From the NCBI GenBank assembly GCA_051294905.1, contig CM119371.1, positions 21,082,001 to 21,146,000 on the forward strand: a stretch of DNA of 64,000 nt, read 5' to 3'. Below, piece after piece: positions 22,534 to 37,851 of the stretch (its first letter is position 1; each line of letters opens with the position of its first letter). A program made the position numbers and the translations under genes. The notes under the pieces are model-generated. The model was not told where the DNA came from, did not search any database, and worked only from the letters and a program-made list of their open reading frames with translations. The stretch comes from Botryllus schlosseri (lineage: Eukaryota).

Positions 22534-25500
22534 CAGATACAAAGCCTCTAAGCCTCAAAGCCTCACTCTATTAGCGTAGTGATGGTGAAACCAAAATCTG
22601 ATAAAGTCGAAAAATTCGGGAAATATTTTTCAATAATTCAATTCATATCTGGACGCTTGATCCACGTGTCATGCCCCTCGCTTATGCTTCCATTTGTATT
22701 TACCGCTATTTAGAATAAATAATTTCATTACTGATAATACTGCTCAGAGAGAATCAGTATCATAGAGTACAACAACACTTGTGCAGGTGTGCTCCATCAC
22801 AGATTTCCTGTACATTACCAATTGAACTTCTTTTTCTCGACTCCTATGGTCATTGACATCATTACCGTGCGAAATTTGTCTAATTCAAGCGACTCCCACT
22901 TTAACTTTCTCATTTTGATGTGACATTTTTCTTTTAAATCTTCATAACGTGAAAATCGTTTGAGAAAAAGAAGAAAGACAGAAAATGGAAAGGAGCTCCG
23001 TAAATTTAGTGAAGACATGAATTAAGTTGAGTGCTTGGCCGGGAGAGATAACAGAAGCGTAGCTATTGATTTAAGAATCAGCTATACTAATCCTGGCGCT
23101 TGTAAATAGTTGGACCGTGACGAATATGGCAGAGTCCCAGAATTCCACGAACTTACTTTCTTTGGTTGTTTACATTGCTGCAGCTGTCCAGTATTGTCGT
23201 TTTTAATATAACTTCTATGTGGATAGATATTGTTGATAACTGACCGTGTTACGATTGCCCCGCGGCATGGGGCAATCGTAACGTTTCGGGAAAGTTTAAA
23301 ACCAAATGTTTTTATGACGAAATATTAAATCGAGTTCCGTTTTTGCTTTTATACCAAATATTCGGTGGTCGATTTTGATTAGTATTGATTGAAAAGGACA
23401 TTTCCACGAAACGCCGATATTTCAATGAAAATGTGAACATCGTTACAATATAGTTCCAGGTCGCCACCACTAATTCTGTCTTATCAACAATGAACATGTT
23501 CCGCACTTTCCATCACGGGAGATTCTTTCATTGGAAGCATGTCATCAAGATGTGGAACTGTTGTATAAAACAAGCATCATTTCACTTGCGCAGCATCGCA
23601 TCGCGGGTAGCATCAATTGCGACGCGGACAAGCTGCCCTCGACCATTTTACCCGCCTAAATAGTTCCATATCTGGGATCTCATACCTATAATATGTTGTG
23701 GAGTATTCACAAACACGTGTCCTGAGTCGAGACTAGCTATAAACTACGTCTGCTGGGATTTCATTCGTATACTTTATCCGGAGCTGTCTATCTTTGCAAC
23801 AAACATTGTGTGTCATGAGAGGACGGAAAGACTACTCCAGCTGGTTCAAGTTTAATGAATTTTCCAATACCAGTCAGGCGAAAATATCATCACCGAAGAA
23901 GCAAATGCATAGAGTATTACCTTTAATACGTTTGATATGAGTTGCAAGCTGGAAATGTAATGTGATTGTTCTCTCTCCGAACTTCTCACTAGTAATCGTA
24001 TGCCAGTGAGATCATCACTTGACGCTTTGCGGGACTTTGTCGATCTCTATCAATATTCATCATTTAACACACAGTTCATCTTCTTGATCACTTTATTTTA
24101 CAGCAAGCAACTTCACATTAAAGATTATGGACGTGCAGGACTCTTTGAGGGAAGATACAGATAAATGCAATTCCAAACCTCAAGCGTACAGACGGCAGCA
24201 TTTGACACCGAATCCCATAGACTGTGTTTCAAGCACTATATTGTTTTGTAAATAATGAGGATGGTACTCGTATGAGTCTTCGATGAACCAGAAAGCAATA
24301 TAATTGACGATATTCCAATCATAGCAAACATATGTCTCAAGGGATTACCAAACAGGGAAAAGTGCGTAAACCTAATCAGCCTTATTAATATTCCGGAGAA
24401 TATCAAAATGACAGTACAGTCTAGCTTACGTCTAGTATATATACATATATAGCCATTGGATACATTACAAAAGCGTTGCAATGTCATATATGACAGGTGC
24501 TCGTGCTCAGAAACGAGTTACTTCCACTCTATCAGAGTGCTCACGTATGTTTGACCAATTACACTGCCTACTCAAGTGATTTTGTTATTGACGAATTCCA
24601 CTTTCTCATCAATAGTAAGCTGACGTTAACTACTTGTCAATTCTTCAACTTTACCAATGAAGAAGGTAGAATTTGGGAGTGTTTGAGCTACAAATTTCAG
24701 GGAAATTCTCAAAAATAACTGACCTCTCACGATAACAGTGTACCAGTTTAAAATATAGTTCACCAAAAAACGGCGCCATCATTTATTCATTACCAGTCAC
24801 AAAAACGCCCAACAAAAGTTGATAGCCTTTCCCAAGGATTGACTGGAATAAGTCTGCAAGGATCCTAATACTTCTACCTAATTATTCAATTTTCAATTAT
24901 TTTGTAGCTTCGTAGCCTATACGTTTTTACTTCCACTTCGCGTAATTTATGCATGGATTGGACATCGCTATAATTCTACTTCTAGCTTATTGCTAGTCAC
25001 GTGACAGTACTTTTACTTCGACTTGTATAGCCGTGCTAAAAAACCCGATATGTAATAAAATTACTGTGATGACGTTTGATAATTCTTACCACTGATATAC
25101 TTCCATAATGATGAGACACCAAAAGCAAAACATATAGCGCATACTAATTTAATATTTCTGGCTTATTCCATTGCGCCAAAACCAATATACATTGAAGATA
25201 TCCTTTACAATGAACCAAAGCAAAATATGTTCCAAAAATGACGGATTTAGTTACGTTGGTCTTTCAAGGACATACGGAGATACGCGATCTTCGGAGGCTT
25301 CCGTCTTGACTCAATCAAATTCCGCCGAAAAAGCTGATATGTAATTACATCCAACAGCATGATTTAATACAGTGCTTTTCAACCTGTTTGAGCGTCATCC
25401 GGGATTTTTTAGCACGTAATATTTCATCCGCACAGATGAACCGCAAATTGGTATACCAAAAGAAAATTAAGACACTTAATAATATTTTATTCAGGTGTGC

Positions 25501-25638
25501 AAGTGGGTTACTGATTTAGCCCATCGAGTGTCTCACTAAAAAGACAACAATTTCCCTCGTTTTGATTTATTTCAACCATAGCGCATCATTTCGACCAAAT
25601 CAGTTTTTGGGTTTTATACGGGAAATTCTAGTGCTTGA

Positions 25639-27944
25639 TAGTGATGAGCGGAGTCTGCTTTTCGAGACTCCGAGTCCCTCCGACAACTTTGGTCTCTGAG
25701 GCAAAGTCCCTCCGACTCCGGGGATCTCAATCCCAGACTCCGAGATAACCCGAAGAATCTTGTCCAGTCTCCAAAACCATATCGGTAGAGGTAGTTATTC
25801 AAAACCATTGTCGAAGAATCCCAATCGATGTTTTCGATAGCCTGTCTGATATTCAGACCAGTTTTCTTAGTATCCGTGAATTGCCGAACAGTCGCAACAT
25901 TACTTCTGAGAGTCAAGATCTCTCCAACAAAATATACAGTCAAGCTAATAGAACTGCGACCCTTTAGATCGGTCCACATATCTGTGGTGATGCCAGCCAG
26001 CCCATAAGACTTGATAGCAACTCTTAGTTCCTCTGACAGCTTCTGCTTCAAAGATGAAGCCTCCTCATCCAACTTACATTTCACTGTAAATCTGGATGGC
26101 AAAACGTCTTCTGCACAACACCACGGCAAACCGGCACTTCTTCGGTATATTCTCCACCCGGCGATCAGTGTTCCCCATGATCACCTTCTCCTTTGATTTC
26201 TCGCTTACTTTTTTGTTGGAAGAAAGAAAGGAACTTTCTTCAACTGCGATCAATTCTTCTTACACGCTTCGCTATGTCTTCGAAGATGCGACGTACCACT
26301 TGTCGACTTGTGATGCTTTAGCTGAACATTGCAATTTTGACATCTCGCAAACCCAGTTGGTCGTTATTATCATGCAGCATCAGAGTGAAATCCTTCCACA
26401 CGTCACTCTTTTTCTGCGTCTTTGTGGGTAACCCACTTGACGTCGACGGTGCTTCAGCCATTATATTAAAACGACGAAGGAAGACCAGTCAGTTCGAACT
26501 AACTACCACTAACACCACTGGAATCGACGATCACAGGTTTCAGTAAATTAAGTTCCGCATCGCCATGAAACAGTTGATGGAACTGCACTAAACATACATG
26601 ATGCATCGTTGACGCACCGATCGACGCTCCTTGGAGTTGACTAAATGACTAGTGAGACTGACTTCCAATTTTGAAGCTGATACATGATATCTGGAATTTG
26701 GAGTCTGAGACAGAACAGCAGCAGAAACTTGATTGCGGTGCTGTTTTTTCTTATCACATCAAAGTCATTTCTCAATCAAACCAAACATTACATGACGAAT
26801 ATTCAGATGAGTTCTGGATGACTGACCACGTCAATCAATATTGGCGGAAGCGTAGTTGATGCGAGCAGAGGAAAGCAGTAGGTTGCAGTTAGTGTGGCTG
26901 TTCAGAAATTCGGAATGTTTTGTTTTTACAGGGTAAGATCAGCTTACCTTAGTGATTTATGTATTGTTGAAATCTTTAAAGCGGGCTTAGATGCTGGTAT
27001 GCCTCTGAGCGGATCTTACTAGCGAAATGTCATTAAATCATTGTAACACATTGCATAAGTTATTATTGTTTCCATCCAGAAACTTGCTTGTTGTATGTAT
27101 ATTTCTCAGATATAAAGGTAATATTGATGTAACACTTATTATCGATATCTCTCACTGCAAATTGCAAGTACGATGAAAGTTGCGAAAAGTTATCACAAAA
27201 GTGGTATCGGATATTATCTTGTTTCAACTGATACCAACGTTGGGAATACATTTTCACAAAATGGACCTATTACTATGTTGAATGTCATCGGGATAATGGG
27301 ATATATTCCGTTATGATCATGAACTTGCTGAAAGAATCAGGATAGCTAAAGGTTGTACCATAGGGAAGCCCCGCTGTATGTTGCTGATTGTAAATGTTTC
27401 GCACAATTACTGGGGTGGCATGAAAATCAGTCACCAAACAAATACGAAAGGAGGAATGTGACTTTAGAAAACTGCAACGTGGAAGATTCTGGAGATCTTA
27501 TCTCATAATATGGTGACATTCAGCTGTGGATTCACAGACTGCATCTCAAGGCAGGGAGCAAATGATGCACTGCGAATGATATTGGGCGCCTTTAATTTTG
27601 TGAACTACAGACACTGCTCAACGAAAATGCCTTGCTAGATCACTAGGTTACTCTCCAGTCTCCAATTACAGTGCAGATGGCTGTTTTTTATGCACTTGGC
27701 AATCATTTTTGCATGTTACCCGTCATATTACAACTTTGCAAGGTGTCAGCTGTCTGTGTTTTGGTTTGTAGTCAATAGTGTCTTCTGGTTAGAGCTATCG
27801 AAAGATATCGGGGGCAAAACTTAGAACACTCCGGAAAACTCCGGAAAAATATCTGTTGTAAACTCCGAGCCCACTCCGAGTATCACAAAATTAGCAAAAC
27901 TCCGCTCCGGAAACACTCCGACTCCGCTCCGATGCTCATCACTG
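25639..27944 (-). mobile_element. Internally deleted hAT transposon (hobo/Hermes/Ac-like)
   Basis: TIRs YAGTGATGAGC, perfect 8-bp TSD GTGCTTGA (25631-25638, 27945-27952), CTCCGA/CTCCG subterminal repeats at both ends, transposase remnant inside. Confidence 0.92.
25820..26461 (-). pseudogene. Truncated, frameshifted hAT transposase (BED finger plus first catalytic Asp)
   Basis: MAEAPSTS...SDVWKDF...(frameshift)ARCQNCNVQLKHHKSTSGTSHLRRHSEAC BED finger, then LPSRFTV...GITTDMWTD...SLTVYF...TGLNIRQAI; the C-terminal part is missing. Confidence 0.88.
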
Positions 27945-29452
27945 GTGCTTGAAGGGTCAGGTCTTTATAAGAACCCTCCAGCACTCCTATGCAAAATACA
28001 GCATATTTTTTGTGATTGAAAAATGCTTGATCGCAGGAGTTTTTTTTAGAGTATGGCACAAATGACCCATGAGGTCCCAGTTTGTCGAAGATGTGCGAAT
28101 CCACATGTTCGTTTTGATGTTTCTGCCTGATGGTTTGGAAAAAAAAGCTTCAAACCTCTCAAGGAGAACAGTCACATTAGAGCTCGCTGACTTATGATTG
28201 GCTGCTCCAACTTGTGCTTAGTTATTTTCTTTCAATTTTCCATTTTCTGTGTTTCGAGTAAATGAGAGGAGCAGAGAAAGTTAAGATGCCGTGTGTTCGG
28301 CTTTTTAGCGCAATCCATCTTGAAAGTTCATAACAGTTCAATAACCTTGTAGCAGCGGTTGTTAAAATTTTTAAACAGCGACAAAATTCTGAGGCTTAGT
28401 GACATCACGCGACCCAAGCCTTTCACGTCAGAAATAATGCATTTTTATCATTAGCATGCTACCATTTTACGGGCATGTGAGACGCAGAGAACCCGCATAC
28501 ACTATTTATAAGAAATACAGCTCTACGAAACATGTCTGATACACGCGATTTCAAATTGGAGAGATTTACACGCCTCTGTGCGACGCATTTGTACTACTGT
28601 CTAGTCAGATTGCAAGGACGGGATTATTCGGTGCTGACTGACTGCCAAGCAGCAACGGTAATTGTAGGCCGAGGTTTTGTTACTGCTGATCTTTCTGCCA
28701 CCGCACTTTCCCAGCAGTAGGTTGGCCAAACCTTCACATCTTAATGTGTCCCGACGACCTCGACCCCAAAAGAAATTAGTCTCATTGGCCCGCACCCGCT
28801 CGTTGTACACCCATACACTGAAGAATCGCAGAGGTCTTAGACGGTGTTTTCTAGAGAAATCAGTCGGACTGTCGTGAATTCAAACTAATTTATGTAACGC
28901 AAATGTTGGGACATTTTGATGGTCAAGCCATATTTTCTGCATGTCTCGCATATTGGCTATCGTTCCCTCCACATTTAATTTTTCAAAAACTACCACAAGT
29001 CGTTACGACACCTTCCTATCTTTTCATTGTGTCGCAGTTTTATGGTGATTTGAAATGATGATAATATTATTAAACTGATTCAGTGACCTTGAGTATAAAA
29101 AAACTAACCACGTGCAATCGCGCCCAGCGCGAAGGAATTTGTCGCAACAAATTTAACGAATATTATATACATCATAAAGGGGCACTGCACTCTAAAGTCT
29201 AAATACGATGTGGTCTCAAATTAAACATGAAATCGGGAAAATGTTTTTGTCCGAGGCCATTTTCTTGGGAAAGCCACCGTGATGGAGAGGTAGCTAAATG
29301 AAAATTCAAACTATCCTCATTCCTCGCTATTTGAATTAATAGTCATCAATAGTGGCGCGGCTGCGAGTCTACGGCTGCTTAACCCCTGCTTAATCTCCAC
29401 TTGCACTTGCTCGACGCGGCCACCATATTCTATGCACTTCATTTCTTTAAGT

Positions 29453-30243
29453 CAGTGGTTTTCAACGTTTTTGTCTTAGCAGAACCGTTTTGGACCGTCA
29501 TGGATCCCCGCGGACCCCAAAAGGTTTAGTTCAATTTTAGCTCTATCACCGTGCAACCGTCGTCGTCTGTCCTGAAATGTCGGCTGTAGGCTAGTGATAA
29601 ACAACAACAAGATGACCGTTATTAAAAATAACATCACAGCCAATCTATTTATGTTGGAAGTGGGAATAAGTTTATTACTTCAAAGCTGATTCTGTATCTT
29701 AACTTCTTGAAATATGCGGTCGTGCCTTGAAAATCCGCGACGTCTGTTTAATATGAACAAGTGCCGAAAATCGATTTGCGCAAAGATAGCTAGTGGCGGA
29801 TGTAATAACAACGCATGACACTTTCGACGACACCTTTGGGTATCATCGCGGCATGTATGATAGAAAAAGCGATTTTTAGTTAACATATAACGTCCAGCAT
29901 AGTGATTGATATCTAGCAGTTCATCTTGAAATTGTTCTGGAATAGCGGTTATGCATACCACAGGAGAAAACGGATTTTACAAACATTTCTATTCTAAAAC
30001 GTCAACAAAACATCTTTAAACAGCATTGTTTGTAATGATAGGCTATGAGCAATTTGGCAATTAAAATGAGTTTGCACAGTGGAATATTTCATCTCCGACG
30101 GCCGTTCTGTTTATGTGAGTTATTAAGTTTCAGCGGTCATGAAGAGAAACGGCCACGTGATTTCTCTAATTAAAAAAGTACGGATTAGGAGGTTTTGTGA
30201 ACCCGCTGATAGTCCTTCGCGAACCCGTGATTAAGGACCACTG
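29453..30243 (-). mobile_element. Old hAT-Charlie derivative with a transposase C-terminal remnant
   Basis: CAGTGGTT... and ...GACCACTG ends; minus strand FQDELLDI and SATSYLCANRFSALVHIK, compare the Charlie-type TTYLCESGFSAL motif. No clear TSD. Confidence 0.65.
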
Positions 30244-31877
30244 TTAACCGATAACTGGCACGCTGCGTTTTACTGACGCCCCATTAATTATTATTACAAT
30301 CAAAATTACAATATGACAATCCTTTCTGGGATGCATCGAGTAGAAAAAGCGATGATTTACTTCAAAAACTAAGATATCGGATTCTCCGCATTATTATTAT
30401 ATGTGATGAGTCAAATATACAAGATTTGATGAATCTAGAAGTTTTCGAGTGCATGTATCTATTCCAATGCGGTTACTACCCTGGAAAATTCAATGGCTTG
30501 ACAAATTCTCGGCAGATGATAATGAGTATTGCTGTACCTTGTGAGTCACCAAATAGTTTTGAGGGGTCCGTGAAACATGAATCAATATCACGAGGAATAT
30601 GCTAAAAAACCGGGTATTAAATCCTGACTTTATCGCTAATACGACAATTCATCATTCACACGATTACAAAGTAGACGACTTTCAGGCCGGAATTGGGATA
30701 ATCAATAGAAATCAGCAGAATTTGAAATGAGTGAAGGAGAGACCTGATCTGTACATTTGGCATAATGATTATGCATTTTCCTGTAGTCAAGTCACAGACA
30801 TGATTCTGAAAGATTCAGCCCATTTTCTGGGCGTGTTTTTTCCGAGTGGATGTTTGATTATTGCATTGGCTTGAATAAAGGTTTACCTCATATCAACTGC
30901 TGTAACAATGGTAATAGATATGCCATGAATGATATAAGTAAGAATTTTATGCTTTCGGGTCCGTCAAGGCCGTGCTAAGTAAAAGTGTGAGAACCCCTCC
31001 TCCCTAAATCAAATAAATATTTCAGTTGTCCATCCTTGTATAGTGTGTCAGGATTGGTTGGCGAATTGAAGGAGAAATTGAAACATTCATCGCAATAGCA
31101 TAAAAATATTGTCAGTCTCCTATATGTAACAATAACGGGATATTCATTCTGGATCATGGATTACAAATACCTCGCACGTTTCCATTCGATTACTCAATCG
31201 AGTACATTTCTTGCTCCTAAAACTCGGACTCCCACAGGCTCCAAGCCGTTTTCTTATCCTTATGCATTTTCTGAATCTCTCAGTTATACTGAAAAATAAT
31301 ATTAGACTCGGTAAAACCAGACCTTACAATCGTGCAGTGACAGTAGTTGCTCTCGTCGATCAAACCACCGCGTCGCGAAGATGAACAAATCGTACAATGT
31401 ACACTCTACAGATCCAGCGATTTTGTCTCTATACCGACTAGTTACTGATATGTCATTTGACTCGAAAATTTCACTTCCAGTCACGAATCTCACGGGAGTA
31501 AAGTCATGTCTTAGATTGGAGCGGTTCTCAATAGCCACTCCGCGGACCGGTACCGGTTCGTGAAGTCTCCTGCCGGTCCGCCAAAGATAATTAGACTTCT
31601 CGATTTGAATTCGAAATTTCTAGACATTTTAAGAGACAAATAAAACATCAAAGTGTAAATTGATTTAGAAGTATGGCATGAATTTCTGCATGGTCATAGT
31701 CTGCTTTCAGCGTACATCTCAATGGTGCAAGTATCTCACGAAACTGTTCAAAAGTTGCCCACAACTCGTGTCGTACAAGTTTTATACGTGGAGTCTACGG
31801 AGACGTTTACGAAAACTTAATTCGTTAATTCTGATAGTGCGAATAATCGGCACAAAGGTTTATAATAGAGACTATAG

Positions 31878-32258
31878 CAGTGGTTCGCAACGTGGGCGAT
31901 TTTGTTAAAAAGGAGTTGAAGATAACAAACGGCGATTTAGGGCTACATGCTAGAACGTCCAGTCAGATATATTTAATTACCCGGCAACCGGATACCGGCA
32001 CAAGATATAGGCTACACGTGAGAAATTGTTATTCCGGAACTGCCGCGAAAGTCGACTAAAAAAGAAGTGAACTCGCCACATCATATCCACAGATACCGGG
32101 ATTGCAGCGACAATTTGGCCTTTTTAGTCAACCTACTAGCGATCAGAGTTCGCTGTGTTTATATGTCCTCTTTCTCCGATCAGAAAATATTGGAGGTGAT
32201 AGATATATGTCGAGCTTAATAAGGGGGAGATGAGTCGAAAAAAGGTCGGGAAGCACTG
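31878..32258. mobile_element. hAT-Charlie-type MITE
   Basis: Imperfect TIRs CAGTGGTTCGCAAC / GTCGGGAAGCACTG; flanks GACTATAG and GCCTGTAG (6/8 match). Confidence 0.6.
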
Positions 32259-35200
32259 GCCTGTAGTAGACAGCAAAGTCGAGTTCATTTCAAAAGACCC
32301 AAACAATCACAGTGGCATTATTGATGTCAGTTGACTTCGCTAGCTTCTCGCAGAAACATCAAGAGAATCACGTACAAATATATGATATCAAAAGGGCAGC
32401 GCATAATGAAATTTCCATTATTACATTTGAGTTGCATACATTTGTAGCCTTTAAGTTTAGGATTAATTTGAACATTTTAAGGTACACCAGTCCGCAACAT
32501 TTGTTTGGATGTTTTACCAGTCCGCGTGGTCAAAAAGATCGACAACCACGGACTTAAAGTCGTCATTTCACTGGTATGTGAATATGTGCACGGCCGAGGT
32601 GGCCGTCGCATTCCGCAGCCCTCATTATGCAGGAGATGGTTGAAAATGACTTGTGGTATTTTGCTTATTTACGTTCCATTTCGTTCCATGCAATTTCACT
32701 TGCTTTGTACTGCTCATTAAACCGCGACACGCGGGGCAGAGAGGGATTGTCCACACTGTGTTCATCTGGTAACTATATGATTGGTTTATCAATTTGACAG
32801 GACGTATCAGGGTGATTCAAATTTTAGAGAATATTTAATGTTGCATATTTGCTTACAGATACATGTTCATAACTTCTTTTACGTTAGAGTCGTACCATTA
32901 TCACGCATCGTTTCTCACAGAATCGACAATAGAAATTTCAATAGAGGTACTGTACATGGGCTTATTGGAACGAGATTTGAAAAGGATTAGTTTATCAATG
33001 TATCGATTTCGACAAATTTTGAAACTTAAAAAGTAAGCTTGGATTGAAGTTTACAGTAATCTACAGCAGACTACAAACGTAGAAAATTGAATAACCCAAG
33101 ATAATTTCGTTTCGGCTCGATGCTTCGCAAAAACTTTAACAACATCGTTAACTTATTATATGATAAATATGTAAATTTCTTCATGGCATGGTATGGTAAT
33201 GTGGCTAGATTCGTGAAAATTTGCATATTTTGGACATTTGTCGTAGAGCAATACCTTTATGTGGTCGAAGAAAACCAGCGCCATTTTTAGAATCAGCATA
33301 CCAAAATTAGCCAAATGCAAATGCAAAATCAAATTCAACAATTTTTTCGTTCAAAATTGTTGTCCAGTGTAATTGATAAACATAAGAAAATAGGCGAGTG
33401 AATGCTTTCGCTTGCTGCAAACATCAAAAGCGAATTAGTTCCGAGTTCAGAGTCCGAGTCCGGCCAATGAGGAATATGGAATTCCTACCTACAAGTGATG
33501 GAGGTTTATCCTTGCTACCATACGTAATTTTATCCCACAAGCGATGCCTTACATAAGTTTACAATGAATATGAGCAGCGCTACAAGTCGGCATTTCCGCA
33601 TTCATAATTAAGAATATTGACTTGTTATGAAAGGCCCGATGTCATCTAGACACTATGAACAGCGCAAGAACGATAACAATACCAACAACAAAAATTATAG
33701 ATCCGGTGACGAGTTAGCTTTCGGAGAAAATCTTGGCATGAACTTCAAAATGTGCAAGCCCAAATTGCGATTTTCAGTACTTTAGATCCCGCATCGAGGA
33801 CTCCCGATTACATTCGGTGATATTTATATTTCTTTCATAGTATATACAATACATACGTGAGTCCTTTCATAAATCGAGCATATCTGCGACCTGCGCTAGT
33901 GCCGCGTATGCTTGAGCAGATAACCACACAAGCGAACAGGGCGATAAGTATAGCGGTCTTCATGTCTTAGTGTGTATACCTATAAATTCAATATCATTTT
34001 ATTATACTTGACAATTCCTACGCCTCTCGTTTCAGAATAGTTCAATACCCTGAAAAAACCTCTAGACACAAAGGTACACAGAAGTGAAGATGCATTCTTA
34101 TGCAAAATATATGTCATTGAGACAACATGCATGATCAATTACCCGTCAATATGTGTGTCGAGTACGAACGCGAGCTCTCTAAGTTACAGTTATTACTGCC
34201 TCATAAAACTAATGCCATATAATTTGGGTGCGACGAAATCATTACAGAGCTGCATCACACTTTTTGTTTTACTGCAAATCATTTTCCTAAGCTCAGCCGT
34301 ATGGGCCCAGCAGGTTGATTTTTCGGCCTGATTTGAGCTGGAAACTGGTACAAAATCTGTATTGATAATAAGCCGAGCGCCCTATTTCGTCCCACTCATG
34401 CCAGAAATATTTTCTAGTCACGAAACATCGGAGCCCGACGCGAATTTTATCACTCATGCAAAATGTTACCCGGCAGGTATAGGCGCCAACCCCCGCGTAA
34501 ACAAATGCATTGGAGCCGAAGAGAAAACTCGGCCTTGAAACGACTGTGTATCTATATTGGCCATTGCATCATTTGCATAAAGGCTACTCGGTTTACAGTT
34601 TACACGAATGTGATGTCTGTGCGGAATACAGTGTGCCGAGGACGGTGAACCCTTTCGTTTTGTTTTGCAGTGAATATTTTGGAGAACGCCCCCATCTGAG
34701 CACAGACGCACAGACGTTTCTAAAGTCAAGTGCAATGCTTTTACTCCTAGTTGACCGGGAAACGGTTCATATTTACTTGACGTTATCATATTGACTGGAA
34801 GGGACACACGGCATATGATTTCCTGGTCACGCAATAAACACGTTCCATATGCACAAGTCATAGCAGCTAAGCACCATTTCGCATAAATACCCATCCATCC
34901 CACATATGACAAATTTTAAAATATACATCAAAACGCTACAATGTCAACAAACAGTTTTTCCCTTCGAAATATTCTAATCGACATCCGAAATTTAAATCTT
35001 GCATGACTATGCCCCTGTGACTGATGCTGTTGCTACTGCTAAAAGGCGCTTTTGTCGGCTGATTAGGCTCGCGAAATAGTTTCCCAGTTTTTCAACATTA
35101 TACAAAACTATTAATATAGGGGTGCGTTTTGCATAGACATTGTCGCATATTTTCCAACGGGAAATATAAAATGAAAATAATTTCAATGATATGAGTAGAC

Positions 35201-36964
35201 CTATTCAAAATGTATAATATGAAGGCCTGATCTCGTACCAACTGGACAGTGTAAATTCAGCTAAACGCTATACTCTTACCCCACAAGATTAAGTCACAGT
35301 AGTATCAGAAATGCAGCAGCCAACGTACTGATTATTGAAAACACTCAGCATCCTGTCAGCTTAAGAAAGGATATCCTACAAATATATATGTATATTCTCA
35401 ATATCACTACTATATCCTAAATATTCATAGGTGGTCATACGAAAAATACTTCTACGAAAGTACTCCGAGCAGGTTTCGCCTCATTGCATTACTTGGCTAT
35501 CACAATTCCAACCTGATATTTGACAGTTCATTCTACCTTTCATCATTTCAGAAAAGCAACATATTTATGTATTTCTATTAATGATCGGGCTCATATAACG
35601 CGTGCTATTCCCATAGGCTTAGAAACAACGCCTTTCATTTTTCTGCATCAACATCAAAAACCTTTTCAAACAGTGTTGGGTCTGAGGCTTATTTCGACGT
35701 CGGGAATGTCTTTTCTATCACGCGTACAGGTATTTATAGCAGTGCAAATTGCACAATATCCAATTCGAGAGAACTGCTTCAAATTTTAAAAAAGTGGATT
35801 TTGTTTGAGAACGCGACCAGCAGAACTATATCTGTGGTTTTCCACTCACTCAGCAATGAATTCAGCTGTCTTATCATACATATGCACGTAAATGTAGGCG
35901 TTGAAAGTTCTCGATTTAGTGATATTTGCTGGACTCCACGTATGCCTTCCGACAGACGACCTATAGTTGATATAAACTAGAGGCATGGAACCTCTTCAAT
36001 CACGTATTTATCTACCCATATAAAACATAATTGAATTTTAATGTAAACTTCAAGTTTAAAGCATATATAGACCAAAATAGTCTTCACCGTATTTACCAAC
36101 GTAGTGTACCTCAATATCTGCTGATGTCATTGAGACACATGTGGTCCATCGAAGTTGTGAACAAGTTTTTTGAACTCTGGCTACATGTCAGACGTAAAAA
36201 TGGAAAAGCCCTTTGTGACGGAGCATGGCATAGGCCTACTTGTTACGCGACCAAAAACCGAAAACAAAGAATCGAAGAACAAAAATAACCTAAGAATAAG
36301 CTACTACGGTCACTATAATTCGACGTAGTAAGCAAGAAGGGGGGATTTCGGCAGACTGTGAAGTATCGTCGGCGATTGAACTTTAGCCACTGATCGCGCA
36401 TGGTGGCCCTTTCTTTACATTTAGGGTCCTACGACAATATGCGACCAGCAGAGCGAAATTATGCGCCCCGTGAATAAACGCAAACCAGGAATAGCGCGCG
36501 GCCCAACAAAGAAGTTTTTCTATTACTTGGTTGTGGTACGTGTGAGCGATCTTTTGAGTAGTGACAACTATCTTTGGAGGCAATGAAATAATAGAATAAT
36601 CAAACTAAGAAATTACTGACAATTGGCGAGTTCGACCCTCACCCTCGAGAACCCTATGAATGTCTCACCGTGTGGGATGAACTTCAACAATGAACATAAT
36701 ATATAGCTCAAAGTGTGTAATTTCGTTCGTTTTTATCAGCTCTACGGGTAAATCTGATAATGATAACGTAGCCTATATACAACATGCAAGTAACAATAGT
36801 ATTGACCAATTTTATTATTTAACTTTAAAACTTTTCGCGCTTGGCGCGGAAGTGCGGATCCTGTGAGTTTCCGTAGCATCATTATTCTAACATACCATAA
36901 CGTCTGTGCGTGAAATGTAGGTGTGAATATCTCCCATAAGTTGAGTTAATCATCGAAGAAGGAT

Positions 36965-37346
36965 TGTCCTTGTTATTGACACATTCAGTCCTTCACAGAA
37001 CTGTTACAACTCGACGGCGAGTTGGACTGGAGCAATCGCTGCGAGTAATGACTGACTGAGTTTAATTAACTGGCTAATAAGTCCGGACACAGTAAGTTTC
37101 CTCTTGTGTGTATTGTAGAATGTCGATCAAACAACCCACACTATATCATACCGTTAAAAAATACGCTGGCAAATACTCTAAATGAGAAATTACATTAATT
37201 AGAGTCAGATTCAGAGCGGCGTGGAAGCCCTGTTTACGGCACGACCGCTTTCGGAGAGAATGATTTGTGATCCAGTTTCTTCTCGCATGCGGCGAGATGA
37301 CTCGAGCGTAACGAACCATTGATACAGACAAAAATCCACCGTGACA
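36965..37346 (-). repeat. 3' LTR of the BEL/Pao element
   Basis: Direct repeat of 40756-41137. Confidence 0.95.
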
Positions 37347-37851
37347 TAGCCGCCCCCGTGGCGAAGCGTAATTGCAAAAAGGCAGTTATCGGTGAGCCAC
37401 AGAAAAAATGAAGGAATGGTGGTTTTTTGAATTATGAAGACAATCGGGGCATGAAGAAATATGCAAGGCAAATGCAATGTATAGAAAGCTGATACAGCGT
37501 CAGTAAGCGAAGGCAATGTACAGAAAACGTGCAATATGAGTAGGCAAAAGTTATTCAATTCAAGGCAACACTATTTCGGATGCCACAACGAGTACCAGTT
37601 GTGTACAAAACAGTAAGTTTATGAGTGGAAGTCTGGTCTCATGATCCAGAATTTTTTCTTAAAATTAGGGACAGAACTTGCAGTGGCAGGATAGTGACGT
37701 ATTATCAAAGCGGGTGACATCGTGCGGTAAAATTATGGGTTTTTATGCTTCTCAAGGAAACTGAGAACGATTCAAGTCGGGACAGAAAAGAAACATATGA
37801 CAGAATAAAAATAAAACATGTCAGGTAACGCGCGCGCAGAGCGATCCTGGT

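Noticed and set aside
23244..23284. Hairpin GTTACGATTGCCCC...GGGGCAATCGTAAC as a terminator or RNA gene
   Set aside because: Eukaryotic context; more like a subterminal motif of a Tc1/pogo-type element, and no partner end was found.
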